From a virus (Duplodnaviria; Heunggongvirae; Uroviricota; Caudoviricetes), in the IMG/VR virus record IMGVR_UViG_643348551_000005: DNA of 50,631 nucleotides; one strand, given 5' to 3'. Made by a program: the position numbers and the translations under genes. The first letter of the stretch is position 1; each line of letters opens with the position of its first letter. Shown piece after piece: positions 9,795-20,034 of the stretch. The notes beneath the pieces are model-generated. The model was not told where the DNA came from and made no database searches. It saw only the letters and a list, made by a program, of their open reading frames with translations.

Positions 9795-10541
9795 ATGAAA
9801 AATATTGCGACAGGCGATGTTCTTGAACGTATCCGCAGACTGGCCCCGTCACATGTAACCGCGCCATTCAAGACGGTAGCGGAGTGGCGCGAGTGGCAAC
9901 TTTCCGAAGGCCAGAAACGTTGTGAGGAGATCAACCGTCAGAATCGTCAGTTGCGGGTGGAAAAAATTCTGAATCGCTCTGGCATCCAGCCATTGCACCG
10001 CAAATGCTCGTTTTCGAATTACCAGGTGCAGAACGAAGGGCAGCGATACGCGTTGAGTCAGGCGAAATCCATCGCTGATGAACTGATGACCGGGTGTACA
10101 AATTTTGCGTTCAGCGGAAAACCTGGTACCGGGAAGAACCACTTAGCGGCAGCTATCGGGAATCGCCTGCTGAAAGACGGTCAGACAGTGATTGTGGTTA
10201 CCGTGGCTGATGTTATGAGTGCCCTGCACGCCAGCTATGACGATGGGCAGTCAGGCGAAAAATTTTTGCGGGAACTGTGCGAAGTGGATCTGCTGGTTCT
10301 TGATGAAATTGGCATTCAGCGCGAGACGAAAAACGAGCAGGTGGTACTGCACCAGATTGTTGATCGCCGGACAGCGTCGATGCGCAGCGTGGGGATGCTG
10401 ACAAACCTGAACTATGAGGTCATGAAAACATTGCTCGGCGAGCGGATATTGGATCGCATGACCATGAACGGCGGGCGATGGGTGAATTTTAACTGGGAGA
10501 GCTGGCGTCCGAATGTCGTCCAGCCAGGAATTGCGAAGTAA
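9795..10541 (+). CDS. ydaV: DnaC-like replication protein / helicase loader (AAA+ ATPase)
   Basis: Walker A motif [15 protein letters not shown] and Walker B LLVLDEIG are present; the arrangement is that of IstB/DnaC-family proteins. Confidence 0.85.
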   Translation: MKNIATGDVLERIRRLAPSHVTAPFKTVAEWREWQLSEGQKRCEEINRQNRQLRVEKILNRSGIQPLHRKCSFSNYQVQNEGQRYALSQAKSIADELMTGCTNFAFSGKPGTGKNHLAAAIGNRLLKDGQTVIVVTVADVMSALHASYDDGQSGEKFLRELCEVDLLVLDEIGIQRETKNEQVVLHQIVDRRTASMRSVGMLTNLNYEVMKTLLGERILDRMTMNGGRWVNFNWESWRPNVVQPGIAK

Positions 10542-10563
10542 TTTTTACCGGGAGAAAAATTTA

Positions 10564-11325
10564 ATGGAGACTGTTTTTGACGCACTGAAAGCAATGGGAA
10601 AAGCCACATCCATAGAACTTGCTGCGCGACTTGATATCAGTCGTGAAGAAGTGCTGAACGAACTATGGGAACTGAAAAAGGCTGGTTTTGTTGATAAAAG
10701 CGCGTACACCTGGCGTGTGGCTGATAACAATATTCAGCAGGAACAGCCAGCGCAGGCAGAACTGCCGGAAGAAATCACCACAGCAACAGTAGCGAAAATC
10801 TCAGAGTGCGATTTAACCGCGACGATTGAACAACGAGGACCACAAACGGCTGATGAGCTGGCTACATTGTTTGGTACCACATCACGCAAAGTGGCTTCAA
10901 CGCTGGCAATGGCAATCAGCAAAGGTCGTCTGATTCGCGTAAATCAGGGCGGTAAATTTCGTTACTGCATACCGGGCGATAATTTACCAGCAGAGCCGAA
11001 AGCAGCATCGGTAGCGGAAACTGATGGTAAGGCCTTTCCTCAGACCGCAGGTGTTGCGTTACCAGTACAGGAGGCTGCAACACAGGAAGATATTAAAACA
11101 GAAACTGTGGCGGACATTGTGCAGTCGCTGCCATCGTTTACTGAAACGCGAGCGGATGACCTGGTTTTACCATCACTGCATATGGCAAACCGCGAACTGC
11201 GTCGGGCGAAAAATCATCTCCAGAAGTGGGAGCGTGTCTGCGCCGCGCTGCGTGAGTTGAACAAGCACAGGGATATTGTACGACAGATTACTGATTCTTC
11301 CCGCCATGTTGCATCGGAAAAGTGA
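10564..11325 (+). CDS. Conserved prophage protein with predicted winged-helix domains (intact YdaW-like)
   Basis: 253-aa product from an ATG with an SD (GGAG) upstream. N-terminal winged-helix-like segment ([28 protein letters not shown]). Occupies the position of ydaW, which is a pseudogene in K-12. Confidence 0.55.
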   Translation: METVFDALKAMGKATSIELAARLDISREEVLNELWELKKAGFVDKSAYTWRVADNNIQQEQPAQAELPEEITTATVAKISECDLTATIEQRGPQTADELATLFGTTSRKVASTLAMAISKGRLIRVNQGGKFRYCIPGDNLPAEPKAASVAETDGKAFPQTAGVALPVQEAATQEDIKTETVADIVQSLPSFTETRADDLVLPSLHMANRELRRAKNHLQKWERVCAALRELNKHRDIVRQITDSSRHVASEK

Positions 11326-11340
11326 TTGCCGGAGGCACCT

Positions 11341-11718
11341 ATGGCAAAAGTATTTACACCAGAAGAGCGAGAAAAAATTAAAGGACAGGTTGTTGAACTT
11401 GTACCTCTGAGCGGTCGCGAGACGTTACGGGCTCTGGAGGCTAAAACCGGTGCATCAAGGTATTACATAAGCACTCTCGCCAGAGAACTAGTCGCCAGTG
11501 GTGATGTTTACAATTCAGGCTACGGATTATTCCCGTCTGAGCAGGCGCGTAAAGACTGGCAAAACGCCCGCAAAAAACTATCAAGGACAAAGGTGAAGAA
11601 ACCGGTTGTGGTTGATCCTGACCTTATCTGGTCATTACCAGACGGAGAAATACGCCGTTACGACAGGCGTCTGAACATAATCTGTCGCGAGTGCCTGAAG
11701 AGTGAAGTTATGCAGTGA
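11341..11718 (+). CDS. Hypothetical prophage protein (125 aa)
   Basis: ATG with a good SD (GGAGG); coding-like composition; no recognisable domain. Confidence 0.5.
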   Translation: MAKVFTPEEREKIKGQVVELVPLSGRETLRALEAKTGASRYYISTLARELVASGDVYNSGYGLFPSEQARKDWQNARKKLSRTKVKKPVVVDPDLIWSLPDGEIRRYDRRLNIICRECLKSEVMQ

Positions 11719-12008
11719 ATATTGGCATTTTATCAGTGAATCATGCTGCATTTATAGGTATTTTTAGTTTAAATAGCATTGGTTCATATGTAAATTGACA
11801 TTTTTATGGTACAGGGTAGAACTAGTGTGGTTGCCTGCTTTGTGCCAGCTGCGGACATTACTTAAACAAATGCTGTATTATTTTATCGGTAAAGGTGGTA
11901 AAGAGTGGCCCTGAAGTGTCAAGATAATTATTAGCAGTATATATCATGCAAGAACCCATTTAATTTAGGCATGAAATTAATTTTAAAAAAGTAGAGGATT
12001 CCAATTAT

Positions 12009-13691
12009 ATGGCCAAACAGTTTATGTTAATGGAACCAAAAAATGAGAACTTCAATGAATTAATTGGAGGGTCAAATAAGTACATTGTTCCTAGATTCCA
12101 GCGAGACTATGCTTGGGATGTAGAACAATGGGAGGACCTTTGGAGTGATGTTACAGCACTTGATGATGAAGGTTTTCATTATATGGGATATATAGTTCTT
12201 CAACAAAAAGAACAGTATCAACATGAGGTCATTGACGGTCAACAACGATTAGTAACCTTGTCGATTATAGTTCTAGCAGCCATGAAAGCCATTAAAAACT
12301 TGATAGATAAAGGAGAGGAGGTTGAACAAAACACAGAGCGACTTGATGCAATAACAAAGACATTTGTGGGTAACAAAAACTTCGTTTCATTAAAGGTGGT
12401 TAGCAAGCTAGATTTAAATAGAAATAATAAAAGATATTTTCAAAGCATCTGTTCAAACTTAGAAGCTCCTAATACTCGTGGAACTACATCTACAAATAAG
12501 CTACTCAAGAAATGCTTTGATTTTTTCCAAAAGAAGGAGTTCGGTAATACCGGCGCTGAGATCGCACAGTTTATTGCCGATTTTTCTTCGAGTATGGTTT
12601 TTACAAAAATAGTTGTTCAAGATGATTTAAATGCATACAAAGTATTTGAAACTTTAAATGCGAGAGGAGTCCAGTTATCCACGCCAGATCTCTTAAAAAA
12701 CTATTTGTTTTCGATAGTAACTAAGGATGAGAAAATCGGAGATGAGGAATTAGATGAGTTAGATGAGCAATGGTCGGAGATTATCGATCAGTTGGGAGAA
12801 AGCAATGTTTCTGATTACATTAGGTATCATCATAATTCTCATAGAAAAATGGTCACAAAAAATAATTTATACACTTCAATGAGAAAAGTAATTACAACCC
12901 CTAAAGAAGCATACGATTATTTAAGATCACTGATAAATTCCGCACCTATTTATGCATCATTGATTAACCCGAATGATTCATGGTGGGCAGAGCAAGATAC
13001 TAAATACAAGAAGGCCATTCATTATCTGAACGGCATTAGACTCTTTAATATTAGACAGCCATTAACAGTATTGCTATCAGCTTTTAATCAATTCAATCCA
13101 GATGAGTTCGTCAGCCTGACTCGTTATTTATATATTTTATCAATTAGATACAATGTTATTTGTCATTTATCACCAAGTGAACAAGAAAGCATGTATAATC
13201 AAATTGCGATTAAGATCTCCAATAAGGAATACAAGAGAGCTAGCAATGTGAAAAATGGGGAGGAGTTTAAGAGGTTATATCCTGATGATAACGTGTTCTT
13301 TAATGCTTTTGAATTTCATCGAATGCCAAGTAGACAAACAGCCAAAAAAATTAGATTTCTCTTGGCTGAAATTGAACAATATCTTGGTAATAATTGCGAT
13401 CATGAAAAAGTTACACTCGAACATATTTGTCCATTTAACCCAGAGAAGGGGTGGTGCAATTCGTTTGGGGAGGGGGTTAATGACGTAAAGGATAGGTTAG
13501 GAAATATGGTTTTGATGGATAAAGATAATCTAAAAAGAGCTTCATTTGAAGTGAAGAAAAATGAATATGGAAAATCAAAGTATAAATTAGCGGCTAAGAT
13601 TACACAGTATCCTGAATGGAATTTAGAGGCTGTCAATGATTTTCAAAAATGGATGTCGGAACAAGCAGTAAATGTATGGAAAGTTGGTTAA
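12009..13691 (+). CDS. DUF262/DUF1524 two-domain nuclease, GmrSD-like (putative Type IV modification-dependent restriction enzyme)
   Basis: 560-aa ORF. N-terminal ParB/Srx-like DUF262 signature (IVPRFQRDYAWDVEQWEDLW ... VIDGQQRLVTLSII). C-terminal His-Me-finger DUF1524-like region (TLEHICPFNPEKGW ... RLGNMVLMDKDNLKRA). Lies in a low-GC island with an AT-rich upstream region. Confidence 0.75.
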   Translation: MAKQFMLMEPKNENFNELIGGSNKYIVPRFQRDYAWDVEQWEDLWSDVTALDDEGFHYMGYIVLQQKEQYQHEVIDGQQRLVTLSIIVLAAMKAIKNLIDKGEEVEQNTERLDAITKTFVGNKNFVSLKVVSKLDLNRNNKRYFQSICSNLEAPNTRGTTSTNKLLKKCFDFFQKKEFGNTGAEIAQFIADFSSSMVFTKIVVQDDLNAYKVFETLNARGVQLSTPDLLKNYLFSIVTKDEKIGDEELDELDEQWSEIIDQLGESNVSDYIRYHHNSHRKMVTKNNLYTSMRKVITTPKEAYDYLRSLINSAPIYASLINPNDSWWAEQDTKYKKAIHYLNGIRLFNIRQPLTVLLSAFNQFNPDEFVSLTRYLYILSIRYNVICHLSPSEQESMYNQIAIKISNKEYKRASNVKNGEEFKRLYPDDNVFFNAFEFHRMPSRQTAKKIRFLLAEIEQYLGNNCDHEKVTLEHICPFNPEKGWCNSFGEGVNDVKDRLGNMVLMDKDNLKRASFEVKKNEYGKSKYKLAAKITQYPEWNLEAVNDFQKWMSEQAVNVWKVG

Positions 13692-13815
13692 TCTATCAAT
13701 AAAACATAGGCGTAAGTGGGATGTTTTACTGACAGTTTGATGAGTCATGGATATCCTGCTAGGCCTACAACATGTCTTCAATTATATCATTACGAGATAG
13801 GCTCGATATTAACAA

Positions 13816-13839
13816 GTCCGCTCCTCGCTCAAAGCGGAC
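13816..13839. repeat. 24-nt motif GTCCGCTCCTCGCTCAAAGCGGAC (7-bp inverted repeat, 10-nt loop); copy 1
   Basis: Seen in sequence. Perfect stem GTCCGCT/AGCGGAC followed by CTTTCTTTTGC. A 20/24 direct-repeat copy lies at 15341-15364 on the other side of the 349-aa gene. Confidence 0.5.
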
Positions 13840-14218
13840 CTTTCTTTTGCATCTACCTTTTACTTTTCCCCTTTCTTCCGTATCTACTTTTCCCATGTAT
13901 ACGATTAATCCCCCCAGATACGACTTTAGCATTTTTCAGCTCTGCCGAGAAGAAAAAGGCGTGATTGTCAAAATTTAACGAAAACAAGCAGATTGTTGCG
14001 GATGGCGATTTTTTGTTTTCTTGGATGAAAAATGTGCATATTTTTGCTAAAAGTGGTTAAATATGTCTAACGGCGAATTAGCGACGAAGCGATACTCAGA
14101 TTTTCAACCAGAACGTTCGTCTGGCCTTAGATAGAATGGACATTTTTGGATCCACTTTGTCCACGGAGGGCCATATAAGTGCCAACGTTTTAAAAAAGCT
14201 ACTCAGGAGTATTTATAA

Positions 14219-15268
14219 ATGGGATTTATTTCACAACTATTCAATTTGCTTACCTCCAGGATAACTTCTGCAAAAACAATGACGCCTTCAAGTTTGCATG
14301 AGTTAACAGCTAACATAACTCCTAAACTCAAGAAACAAAACGGAAATATATCAATCGAAAACGATTGGCTTACTATTGATTCTCCTTATTTTTTTGGACA
14401 GGCGTATCTGTCTGCAAACAAACATTGGGTTGTAGGCTGTAGTGACTTTGATGGCAATGGAAGGGGAGGGCACCGGGAAAGTGGATTTGGAACAGTTGTT
14501 TTAGTTAATAAACCAACTTTTCGTATCCTTCATAAGCTCAGAACTATTGCCCGACCATTTAATGCTGCTGTCGCTGACACAGGTGATTATATTGTTCATG
14601 ACGCTGGATTTGGTTCTGCGCTGCAAGCTGATTTGATTGCTATTGATGTTGAAGGAAATGAAAAGTTTAGACGTCATTATGAAGCAAATATCTATAATAT
14701 CGGAATTTCTCATTGTGGTAAATACGCATCGGTTCAGACAGCCGCAGCGCCCGGTAAAGATGGAAATATCCTTGAGGTAATAAATCTGTGGTCAAAAACA
14801 ACAATATTTTCCATTAAACCTGAGTATGGATGGGCTGATAGTTATTTCTTCGATCTCGATGAAAATGGGGGGCTAAGATCGCTGAAAGTGAAATGCAAAA
14901 ATATTGGATACTTCAGATACACTGCCATCGGTATTCCCATTGACGTGGAAGCGTATAAAGATGCTTGTCTATATAAAGGAAATTTCAACCTTAAAGTAGA
15001 GGCCGCGAGAGCGCTTTTAAGAGAACATCCCAGTGAGAAGAATGCTCAAAAAGCATTGAAAGCAATTGAAATGGCTCTTAATGAAGGAGCGAAAGACCGA
15101 ACTGACTGGGCTGCAGCCGCATTTCGCATCAAAGGTGAAGCAAATGATTTACTTGGTAACTTTAGTGATGCTCTTGATGCCTATGAAAAAGCTTTGAGCT
15201 TTAATCCAAAAATAGGGGTTCAGAGACGAGTTAATGCTCTGCGTAAAAAATTACAGAGATTAAAATAA
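14219..15268 (+). CDS. Hypothetical protein (349 aa) with C-terminal TPR-like helical repeats; function unknown
   Basis: ATG with an SD (AGGAG) upstream. Low-GC codon usage like the neighbouring GmrSD-like gene. The C-terminal roughly 90 aa are helical-repeat-like (KALKAIEMALNEGAKDRTDWAAAAFRIKGEANDLLGNFSDALDAYEKALSFNP). No signal peptide and no catalytic motif that I can recognise. Confidence 0.6.
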   Translation: MGFISQLFNLLTSRITSAKTMTPSSLHELTANITPKLKKQNGNISIENDWLTIDSPYFFGQAYLSANKHWVVGCSDFDGNGRGGHRESGFGTVVLVNKPTFRILHKLRTIARPFNAAVADTGDYIVHDAGFGSALQADLIAIDVEGNEKFRRHYEANIYNIGISHCGKYASVQTAAAPGKDGNILEVINLWSKTTIFSIKPEYGWADSYFFDLDENGGLRSLKVKCKNIGYFRYTAIGIPIDVEAYKDACLYKGNFNLKVEAARALLREHPSEKNAQKALKAIEMALNEGAKDRTDWAAAAFRIKGEANDLLGNFSDALDAYEKALSFNPKIGVQRRVNALRKKLQRLK

Positions 15269-15340
15269 AACCAGCAAGTATCACGATAGAGAAATTTTTT
15301 CGGAACTACCTGTAGTGATTATGTTTCTATATACACCAAA

Positions 15341-15364
15341 GTTAGCTCCTCGTTCAAAGCAGAC
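15341..15364. repeat. Degenerate second copy (GTTAGCTCCTCGTTCAAAGCAGAC) of the 13816-13839 motif
   Basis: 20 of 24 positions identical to copy 1, same orientation, about 1.5 kb away. Together the two copies bracket the 349-aa gene. Confidence 0.45.
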
Positions 15365-15542
15365 TAGATGTTGGCTTCCGTCGGACTTGGCGTATTTAAA
15401 GAAGTGCTGGTAGTGACTGGTTGTTGTATTCCATTTCTACAGAACAAAATCACAGAAACTATACCCAATAGTTGTATTGAATCACTGACGAGACAGCCTC
15501 ATATTTATCAGGGCAGGTGCACGTCTAATACAGGAGGTTGTC

Positions 15543-15632
15543 GTGCTGGTTCTCAAGTGTGCGTTGGCTATTGCGGCTGTGGTGGCAATTTATTGTCTTG
15601 CTATTGTTCTTATGGATCGCCTTTCTGATTGA
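15543..15632 (+). CDS. Candidate small hydrophobic peptide (29 aa, GTG start)
   Basis: AGGAGG SD at 15532-15537, 5 nt before GTG. Hand translation VLVLKCALAIAAVVAIYCLAIVLMDRLSD gives one transmembrane-like helix plus a charged tail. No homology claimed. Confidence 0.3.
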   Translation: MLVLKCALAIAAVVAIYCLAIVLMDRLSD

Positions 15633-15752
15633 TTTCATATTGGCGAAGTAAAGGGGGTTAAATAGTATGGCTGCGGGGGCTTGAGGCTATCTGCCTTGGG
15701 CATGAAAACCAAAGGCAGATAGAAAAAGTCCCAGTTGATATTACTGTAGTGG

Positions 15753-17063
<1,311 letters not shown>

Positions 17064-17561
17064 TAAATCATATCAGGCGTAATACCACAACCCTTAAGTT
17101 AGCGCTTATGGGAGAAATCCCCGCAACCTCTGATGTATTATGCATCCTCAACGCAGCCACAGTTAACCTGATTGGCGGGTTTACTTCATCTGTAAATATT
17201 TTTATAAAAATAATGCCCACGCACAGCATAAAACAAAAAGTATTACAGATAAAAAAGGAACGTAATGTACAGATTTGTTGTTTTCCATATTTACTCACCT
17301 TAATATGATTAACCCTGATAGGGCTATTATTTCAGCGGTTTTCAAATGAGATATTATGGTGATCTGACAAATTTGCATAACATTAAAATTTAATTTGTTT
17401 AACCGCTTTTAATAATAAGCGTTGTTTGTATCCCAGCAATCTGTTGTTTGGTTTTTATTCCATTAAGGTGGGGGCTTTACACTGGAACCAGTTTATTTAT
17501 ACTTTATACGTCAGCCTGAACAACTGGCATCTGCTGCACTGCGCCATCGAGAGATTGAGAA

Positions 17562-18161
17562 ATGGCGCATATACAACTGGTCAAACAAACTTCTTCTGGT
17601 TTACTTCTCCCGGCGACGCCGGAGAGTTGCGATTTTCTGCATCAAATCAAAATAGGTGAGTGGATACACGCAGACTTTAAGCGTGTGCGTAACTACGCAT
17701 TCCACAAGCGTTTTTTCAAACTCCTGCAACTGGGATTCGATTACTGGACTCCGGTCGGTGGGGCGATCACGCCTCGCGAACGAGAACTGCTGTCTGGTTT
17801 CGTTGATTACCTGTGCGAATCAGTTGGTCGGGAACACACGCCAGCCCTGAGTGATGCCGCAGAGCAATACCTTAACACCGTTGCGACTCGTAGAACCCGG
17901 GATACGGCGTTGCTAAAGTCGTTTGAGGCTTTCCGCGAGTGGGTAACCATTCAGGCCGGATTTTACACCGAGCATATTTATCCGGACGGTAGCCGTGGGC
18001 GTCGGGCAAAATCCATCGCTTTTGCGAATATGGACGAAGTCGAGTTTCAGCAGGTTTATAAATCTGTACTGAATGTGCTGTGGAACTGGATTCTGTTCCG
18101 TAAATTCTCCTCTCAGGAGGAAGTTGAAAATGTGGCCGCACAACTACTGGAGTTTGCGTAA
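17562..18161 (+). CDS. Conserved lambdoid nin-region protein (199 aa), function unknown
   Basis: Good SD; lies between the replication/cargo region and the Q antiterminator, as nin-region genes do. Family assignment (possibly DUF1367-like) is uncertain. Confidence 0.55.
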   Translation: MAHIQLVKQTSSGLLLPATPESCDFLHQIKIGEWIHADFKRVRNYAFHKRFFKLLQLGFDYWTPVGGAITPRERELLSGFVDYLCESVGREHTPALSDAAEQYLNTVATRRTRDTALLKSFEAFREWVTIQAGFYTEHIYPDGSRGRRAKSIAFANMDEVEFQQVYKSVLNVLWNWILFRKFSSQEEVENVAAQLLEFA

Positions 18162-18451
18162 TGGTGAATTTACGTAAAGCGGCTAAAGGCCAGATGTGCC
18201 AGATCAGAATCCCTGGCTACTGCAATCACAATCCCGAAACCTCTGTGCTGGCGCATTACAGGCTGGCGGGGACGTGCGGAACAGCGACAAAACCACACGA
18301 TATGCAGGCGGCGATAGCCTGTAGCTCATGCCACGATCTAATCGACGGGCGGGTAAAAACCAGCGATTACACCAAAGAAGAATTGCGCCTGATGCATGCT
18401 GAAGGGGTTTTTCGCACACAAGAAATCTGGAGAAAGAAAGGTCATTTATGA
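18161..18451 (+). CDS. YbcO-like nin-region putative nuclease (DUF1364, Cys/His-rich)
   Basis: 96-aa product MVNLRKAAKGQMCQIRIPGYCNHNPETSVLAHYRLAG...ACSSCHD resembles DLP12 YbcO from memory, with the same Cys/His spacing. Confidence 0.7.
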   Translation: MVNLRKAAKGQMCQIRIPGYCNHNPETSVLAHYRLAGTCGTATKPHDMQAAIACSSCHDLIDGRVKTSDYTKEELRLMHAEGVFRTQEIWRKKGHL

Positions 18452-18990
18452 TTTACCCAACGAATACAGGAAAAAGCGGAGAACACCTTCGCCTCACCAC
18501 GCTGGAAAGTGTCTGGATTCAGGGAAAACTACGTATGTGGGGGCGCTGGTCGTATATTGGCGGTGGCAGGTCAGGGAATATGTTCAATCAGTTGTTGGCA
18601 TCCAAAAAACTGACGAAAACAGCCATTAATGAAGCCCTGCGCAGAATGAAAAAAGCGGGAATAGAGAAAGCTGAGCTGGAAGCGTTTTTGCGAGAGATGA
18701 TCAACGGCAAGCAAAAGAGCTGGCTGGCGCATTGTACTGATGCAGAGGCGTTATGTATTGATCGAGTCATAAGTGAGGTGCTGGCAGAGCATCCAGGATT
18801 GATTTGCATTCTCCGGCAACGCTATGAAGGGCGGGGGATGACTAAGCGCAAAATGGCTGAATTGCTAAATGATGCACACCCAGAGTGGTGTTTTAGCACA
18901 TGCGAAAAACGGATTGCTAATTGGTTAGCTGTTGCTGAGTATGCCCTATATATTCCCATGCGTGAATCATTTGCTGAGAAAATGGCTTGA
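18448..18990 (+). CDS. Late-gene antitermination protein Q (Phage_antitermQ-like)
   Basis: 180-aa ORF directly upstream of an AT-rich region with intrinsic terminators and the lysis cassette. The N-terminal W..GRW...GGG pattern and Cys/His-rich core resemble Q-family antiterminators. Confidence 0.65.
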   Translation: MIYPTNTGKSGEHLRLTTLESVWIQGKLRMWGRWSYIGGGRSGNMFNQLLASKKLTKTAINEALRRMKKAGIEKAELEAFLREMINGKQKSWLAHCTDAEALCIDRVISEVLAEHPGLICILRQRYEGRGMTKRKMAELLNDAHPEWCFSTCEKRIANWLAVAEYALYIPMRESFAEKMA

Positions 18991-19070
18991 TTTCTTACGT
19001 ATAAACTGCTTCAATTTTGCTATGCTTCGCAAAGCTGTATCGCGAGGCGGATTGCAGACATGGACATCGT

Positions 19071-19097
19071 AAAAAAACCGCTTAATGCGGTTTTTTT
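19071..19097. terminator. Bidirectional intrinsic terminator hairpin (AAAAAAACCGC-TTAAT-GCGGTTTTTTT)
   Basis: Perfect inverted repeat with A-tract and T-tract flanks, about 80 nt downstream of the Q stop. Confidence 0.7.
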
Positions 19098-19417
19098 ACG
19101 TCAGGAAAGCAGGGGAGAATGCTGCTAGTTGGGCAACTGGTCTTTCTGCTCCAAATTATAACAGAGACCAATTATAGTTTCGGTGCTGTGTTTTTTTTAC
19201 AATATTGTGATAACACATTGCTGGCGGGAGTTTTGATATTTCTTGGCAGGGGCTGATGATGCGTTATCCTGATGTCGTCAACTCATATAAAATGAGATGA
19301 GAGATCATTGCAGGGTGGTTTGTAATTCGCTGTTTAGCGGGACAATATGTTGTCTGATACAAGACACCCGACGCCTCAGATTACTATAATAAAGACGAAG
19401 CATCCTTTGTATTGACC

Positions 19418-19443
19418 AACCGCCTGTTTAGGCGGTTCTTTTT
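19418..19443 (+). terminator. Intrinsic terminator (AACCGCC-TGTTTA-GGCGGTT-CTTTTT); candidate tR'-like late terminator
   Basis: 7-bp GC-rich stem followed by a T-tract, in the noncoding stretch between Q and the late genes. Confidence 0.55.
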
Positions 19444-20034
19444 GGGCTGGTTTATTGTATGCCAAATGATTATTAAAAAGGTTGTGTTAATAACAAAATC
19501 CGAAATAATATGCCTGCATATTTTTATCTTGCTTATATTCTGCATATTGTGCATAGCAGGCTCATCCCTGCAATCAAAACTGTATGATGAGTATTTTTTG
19601 TTTTCCTTTTTTCCAGTCATCTGATGATGACCTGCTTCTTTTTAATCCGGAACGACATCAGTTTTTTAAGATAATTCCTGCGAGTTATATGCATAAATAC
19701 CACAAACTCCGCATTTTATGTGGTTGGGAGTTGCCGGGCGCGCAGTGAGTTTGCTAAGAAAACTCCTGCATGGTGAATCCCCCTGTGCGGTGGGGTGATA
19801 CCATTAACCTTTTCTGTCGCCGACAGGTATCACGAACATTTTGTTCACCGGGAGGCACCCGGCACCATGCACTTCAATAGATTCTCTCCACATTATGGAT
19901 ATTCTTTCAGAATATCCCACGCAGACTTTGTGTAAATGTTAACAAATGTGCGTTTTATTTGATCTGATTCGCTGTTTGAGCGTCCAAAACAACGGTATAT
20001 ATAATCCTTTACTATATGACATATGTGAGGAAAA

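Noticed and set aside
9359-9934. 191-aa minus-strand ORF spanning the ydaU/ydaV junction
   Set aside because: It is antisense to two well-supported replication genes and has a Ser/Arg-rich low-complexity translation.
15368-15628. 86-aa Cys-rich ORF (CGCGGN...) that could be read as a bacteriocin-like peptide
   Set aside because: It has no ribosome-binding site; the Cys richness comes from TGC/TGT-rich DNA; and a better-supported alternative frame (the 29-aa peptide with an AGGAGG SD) covers the same DNA.
17068-17308. Small overlapping ORFs in the AT-rich region right of the IS
   Set aside because: No ribosome-binding sites or recognisable features; the region more likely holds promoter or regulatory sequence for the nin-region genes.
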